DNA from: Selaginella moellendorffii
Taxonomy: Eukaryota > Plantae > Lycopodiophyta
NCBI RefSeq assembly: GCF_000143415.4
Contig: NW_003314298.1
Span: forward strand, 1,596,602 to 1,660,601
Length of the DNA: 64,000 nucleotides
Direction: 5' to 3'
Below are positions 59,220 through 64,000 of the stretch, in pieces. The notes under the pieces are model-generated. The model was not told where the DNA came from. It made no database searches and was given only the letters and a program-made list of their open reading frames with translations. How positions within the stretch are numbered: the stretch's first letter is position 1; each line of letters starts with the position of its first letter. A program made the position numbers and the translations under genes.

Positions 59220-60470
59220 TCAGAGGAAAAGAATGAGATTAATCGCCAGTGTTGGCTGCGTCCATCCTCGGCATCTCTTCAGCAACCTTGGCAACGAAAA
59301 AATTCGTTAGAAAAGCGAGCAGGGATTAAAGCAACTCTTACCAGCTTCTGGAGGGTTTTGCGAGCGTCCATTCTAGCTTTGACCACCTCCGGATTCCAGG
59401 GGCAGTCAATGGCCACCGAAAGAGTCGCGACCGCCCTGTCCATGAGGCAGCCGCTCCTATACCCGGTGGCTTTCATGGTCGCAAAGTTGACCATCCAATA
59501 GTCAGCGGCGACCTCCGTTGACGCGAGCGTCACCCTCGCCCTCTTTCGCCCGCGCGTCGCCGCCTGGAGTACCACCCGAGCATCTGGCTTGTCGAGCCGC
59601 ACCATCTTCATGCTGTTATAATTCGTGAAGAGCACCTTCACCTGGAAAAAAGAACCAAAATCAGTGGCAATGCAAAATACAAGTCAACCACGTTGACCAG
59701 CAGGAGGAAATCAAGGACCTCGTCTTGCTGGATGGTGGTCTCTTCGCCCTCCTTGAGAACAATCTTGATCTCACGGCGATATCCAGTCATCAGGTTGACC
59801 TGCTCCATCCTCTCCAGGTCAATCTTGTATGGCGTGCCGTTTGGATACTTGGCAGAGGTGAAGGCAGCCTCCAGCTGATCATCGGCCTCACCGCCTTGTT
59901 TCTTGCCACCAGCGCGCTTGCTACTCTCGAGCTTGGACTTCGCGAGCTTGATTCTGAGAGCAATGTCCGGTTCATACTGGACCCATTTCTTATGATTGTC
60001 GAGCCACCACACCCCCGGCTTAGTTGGATACGCGCGGCTCTTATTACTCGCTAGCACCTTCACCTGGGAAAAGAAGCAAAACACCCAAAAAGTCAGCGGC
60101 AAAGCAAAAAAAAGTCAACTCAAACGAGGACCTCGTCTGGCTTGATGGTGGTCTGCTCGCCTTCCTTGAGAACAATCTTGATCTCGCGGCGGTACCCAGA
60201 CCTCACGTTGACCTGGTGCATTCTCTCGAGGTCAATCTTGTACGGCATGCCGTTGGGATACTTGGTGGAGTTGTGGAACCCGATCTCCACATCCTTGGCC
60301 TCGCCACCTTGTTTCTTACCATCGGCGGGATTGCTACTGCTACTATCGAGCTTGGACTTCGCGAGCTTGATGCTGAGGGCGATGTCCGGGGGATACTGGA
60401 CCCATTGATCATCCTCCCGCCACCACACCCCCGGCTCCGTGGGATCCGCGCACTCCTTGGTGATACACAT
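59220..60470 (-). CDS. Tandem WWE-domain protein (two clear repeats, one degenerate; last exon uncertain)
   Basis: VWWREDDQWVQYP...YKIDLERMHQVNVRSGYRREIK and VWWLDNHKKWVQYE...YKIDLERMEQVNLMTGYRREIK fit the WWE consensus; each repeat is one phase-0 exon. Confidence 0.75.
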
Positions 60471-60592
60471 GTTGCCCTACACAAAGCTTCGCCAACTTTT
60501 TCTTTTAAACTTCTATGGCCCCCAAAAGCGGCCGATTCTTGCGGAGAAATCTTTAGCTCGCGCCATTAAAAGCATCAGTGCCCACATTGGGT

Positions 60593-61321
60593 TTAAGATA
60601 AGCTTTTTATCCATGGCATTGCCGTGGCGAAGAAGTCGCGGAGTTTGTCCGGGGATGGCAGCGACGAGCGCACCAGCGGGTGCTCCCGGATCGCGTCGAG
60701 GAGGGCGAGGAATCGCGGGCAGGCGTCGCGCGATGGCAGCCTCAGGCCCCCGACCTCGACGAGCGATTTGGAGCAGAGCGCGGTGGAGACGAGGACAATG
60801 TCAACGAGCCCGAGCTTCGCGCCACCGAAATAGGGCGCGCGATTGCTCTTGCGCAGCTCCTCCTCGAGAATGTCGCAGCTGGCGAGGAAATCGTCCTGCC
60901 CGGTGGCCCGGAACACCACGTTCGCCGATCCGGCAAAGATCTAGAGCAAAAGAATTCCCCCTGTCGATCGCGAGAAGAGCTCAAACTCGATCAACCATAC
61001 CTTCTTCTCCACGAAATCTGCCCAGAATCGCTCCTGCGCTCGAGCGTATGGATCCCTGGGGAGAATCTCGTCGCCGCGATCGCGCCACTGCTCGTCGATG
61101 TACTCGATTATGACGCTGGATTCCGCGATTGGCCTGCCGTTGTGGATCAGCACTGGGACTTTCTTGTGCACGGGATTGGATCGAAGCAGCAGTTCGCCCT
61201 TGCTCCTCACGTCCTGCTCGACGCGCTCGTAGGGGATCGACTTGAGCTCCAGCGCCAGCATCACGCGCATGGAGTAGGGGCTGGACCACACACACAGCAG
61301 CCTCACGCTCTCATCCGCCAT
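60593..61321 (-). CDS. Tau-class glutathione S-transferase (2 exons)
   Basis: WSSPY, KGELLLRSNPVHKKVPVLIHNG, ESSVIIEYIDE, RFWADF, YFGGAKLGLVDI. Confidence 0.93.
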
Positions 61322-61397
61322 AGCCAGGAACTCAAAACCCTAGAAAAATAATTTTAAATTTTTAAAACGTTTGTGCGCGCAAGTCAAGCCTCGCAAG

Positions 61398-62112
61398 TCA
61401 CGCCTGCGTTGTCACTAAGTGAAGATTGGATTGAGATTCCGACACGTCCGCTGGAGGAGCGCTGGGTTCGTGCCCTCGAGAAGCCCTGGTGGATTCACGG
61501 TTCTCCGAAATCAAAACCATGAAAAGCTCTCGCAGGGCGAGCAAAGTCGATAGAGCAAATGCAGCGAAGCTTACGAATCCAATCGCCACTCCAGCAGTCA
61601 CGGTGGATCCGGTCGAGAGTTTCTCACCGAGAAGTGCATACACGACATCGTCAACCAGTTTGACACCCACGGTAGCAGCGGAAGAACTGGCCATCAGTAA
61701 ATATGCTAGAATCTGTGAGAACGACGCTCTTATCAATCGAAGCCTTACCTAGCAAATCAAAGCTCACACCTGATCAAGAGCGAAGATGATACTGGCAGTG
61801 ACAACGCTGGGCTTCTTTCCTCTTGCCAAGATCAACCATACCAGGCTTCCAATTGCATACACACAAGCTACGACATTCATAGTCCCAGCAAACCTACAAA
61901 AACAAAAGAAGTGCTTTGGTGAGACTAAATTTGATCATGGTCTTATACCTGGTTCCTTCTCCAAGTGCAAGAGTGTCTTGTTCAGAGTAATATTTTAGCT
62001 TGTCACCAAATATGAGACCGAAGGCAAGGGCCGTGACAATAACTTGGATTGATCTGAGAATAAAGGGACTCGCGCTTGAACAATCGAGAGGAGCTCCTCC
62101 ATTGCTTGACAT
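61398..62112 (-). CDS. CASP-like (CASPL/DUF588) four-TM protein (3 exons)
   Basis: FILRSIQ, NVVACVYAI, FALDQ|ILAYLLMASSSAA, GFVSFAAFALS. Confidence 0.8.
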
Positions 62113-63269
62113 CTCCTCGCAAGAAAACACGCAGGCCAGCCAGAGTTAAATACAAATCAGTCTCAATTATTGGATATACAATTAAGATACCAAGAATCTT
62201 TTACGGCAGCATTCGTTTTGGAGGATCCAACGAGAAAGGTTTTTTTTCAATGGCCTTGTCCCACCCGATCATTCAGTTGCAGACTAAATGTCTTAAGGAA
62301 CATATACAGGAAGTTATAATGTATCATAATGAGTATGGATAGGTAGTCATGTCTTCATATTACACAAACTAAGATCAAATTAAATATTATAGGAGGAAAG
62401 GTATTGTTAAATATCTCTATTTTGCAAGTTATGAGAAAATTAGCCTAAATTAGATATTTCTATATTTTAATGTTTTATAGTTTTTTTTAAAACATTTACA
62501 ACAAAAACATTCTTAAAAAGAAAAAAAAAGCACTCAATTTAATTCTTACTAATTGCTAAAGATAACTGTTTTTTTTTTTTAGGTCATGCAATTAAATATA
62601 TATAAAATTGTTTTTTTTCTATTTTTCAATATTAAATTTTGGGTGGTTTAAGTTATCTTGGAAAAAACTATAAATTTAATATTTCTCACTTAAAAAAGAA
62701 TATTCTATTGGGAAGGACTTTCTTTTTTAACCTTTTCGTATTTCTCGCCTTTATAGTGCCTTTCTATCTAGAAGCATTGCCAAGAAGAGCATGCCATCAA
62801 GAAAACAAGGAGCGAGGACCAAGAGCCTTCTAAGTTCTATAATGGTTGGGCAGCTCTAGTGCTCGTCCCAAGGAGATCAAAGCCCATCGTTGAATGGCTC
62901 ACACTGGATGTTCATGCTCTCGCTCGTTTCGAGCTGCTTGGTCTTCTTTGGAGCCCTTCTCGTGGTGGTCTTCTTTGTGGATTTTGGTACCGCTCTGGAT
63001 TGTTTTGTCCCGCTCATCTGGGGGGCAGTAGAACGATGCTCGTCACTAAAGTCAAGGAACTGCGCCAGTGCATCTCGCCGTCTCAGTTTACTAGTGCCCA
63101 GATGGAATCCTTAATTAACTCTTTGGGTACTCTTAAATCACACTCACTCAAGTAATAATACGTGTTTTTGGAGGGTCTCCCTAACACTCATGAATGAAGC
63201 TTTCAAATCCTTGGCATGCATGTGATGAAAGCAAGAATAAAAGAGGAAGGATCTCTTGAATCTCAAGTA

Positions 63270-63500
63270 ATTGGATTCACGGTTCTATCAAAACCATGAA
63301 GCGGGACGACAGAACAAAAGCACGAATCCAATCTTCCAGCAGTGGTCGAGTCTCACCCAGGAACATACACTATGATACCCAGGGGAAAGGGAAGAACAGC
63401 GCTAGACTTATCTAACGAAGCCCTCTCTGGCAATTCGTTAGTGATTTGTCACAAATTATTTTTTAGCTTGTCGACAATAACTTGGATTGGTCGAGCACAA
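63270..63500 (-). pseudogene. Heavily deleted relic of the adjacent CASPL gene
   Basis: ggattcacggttct, atcaaaaccatgaa, acgaatccaatc, ttttagcttgtc and gacaataacttggattg match 61491-62050 in the same order. Confidence 0.65.
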
Positions 63501-63568
63501 TCGATTAAAATATAAAATCTAGAAACTATTTAGGGCAGCAGTTCTTTGGCGTAGAAAGCGAGAAGACA

Positions 63569-64000
63569 ATGGCGACTGTGGAGCTGAGCAGCAACTATGG
63601 ATTTGTGGTGTTGATCGTTGTGGCAAAGTTTGTTCTCAACGTTTGGATGATGTTGCAGGTCGGCAAGGCACGGAAGCGGTGAGTAATTGAGTGGATTTGG
63701 GGCTCGCCCATGGTTTTCTACTTGTTTTGCTTGATTTCTCTTTGTTTCCAGCTACAAGGTGCCTTACCCAACTCTGTATGCTCTTGAGAGCGAGAACAAG
63801 GAGGCCAAGCTATTCAATTGTGTCCAGGTTTTTCTCTGCTCTTCCTGGTGTAACATTTCTTCTTGATTGAATCGTTTTTTCTGCTTCATTTGCACAGAGG
63901 GGTCACCAAAACACTCTGGAACTCATGCCACTCTTTCTCACTCTGCTCCTCCTTGGAGGTCTTAAGGTAGTGATGGAACTTTGTAGATTCAATCTAACGT
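63569..64000 (+). CDS. Microsomal glutathione S-transferase 3 (MAPEG), 5' part
   Basis: YGFVVL...VGKARKR|YKVPYPTLYA...AKLFNCVQ|RGHQNTLE; runs off the window end. Confidence 0.9.

Noticed and set aside
62780-63160. Short ORFs between CASPL and its relic
   Set aside because: No ATG-initiated model or family similarity recognised.
1-64000. CRISPR arrays, rRNA genes, autonomous transposons
   Set aside because: No repeat-spacer arrays, rRNA motifs, or transposase/RT/integrase ORFs were seen.

Overview
Gene-dense eukaryotic plant nuclear DNA with very short GT-AG introns (~45-80 nt) and tiny intergenic gaps. This style fits a compact lycophyte genome such as Selaginella (inference, not verified). 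Left to right: 3' end of a beta-expansin; plastid PGI; a decaying tandem duplication of a [tRNA-Cys, DUF716/TMEM45, small signal-peptide ORF, NPF transporter, ClpB] block; an AT-rich region with a foldback/MITE-like element; tau GST; class-3 lipase; HD-Zip I; sirtuin SRT2; C2-domain protein; GRX-like protein; atypical thioredoxin; tRNA-Gly; an H1-derived Arg-rich protamine-like gene; ABCG; VIPP1/CHLM head-to-head; SMO2; Smr-domain protein; MAN1-like protein; an orphan gene; a TrpRS paralogue; NCS1; CYSTM; an intronless multidomain kinase; a tandem-WWE protein; a second tau GST; CASP-like plus a relic copy; and the start of a MAPEG GST. The most notable items are (1) an intact, correctly spliced tryptophanyl-tRNA-synthetase paralogue that has lost its catalytic signature motifs but keeps the anticodon-binding domain, (2) a putative helical-bundle/kinase/Ig/PH protein tail-to-tail with a stand-alone triple-WWE protein, (3) the protamine-like H1, and (4) same-strand genes only 57-134 bp apart. 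Gene models were spliced by eye and family assignments come from remembered motifs, with no database searches.
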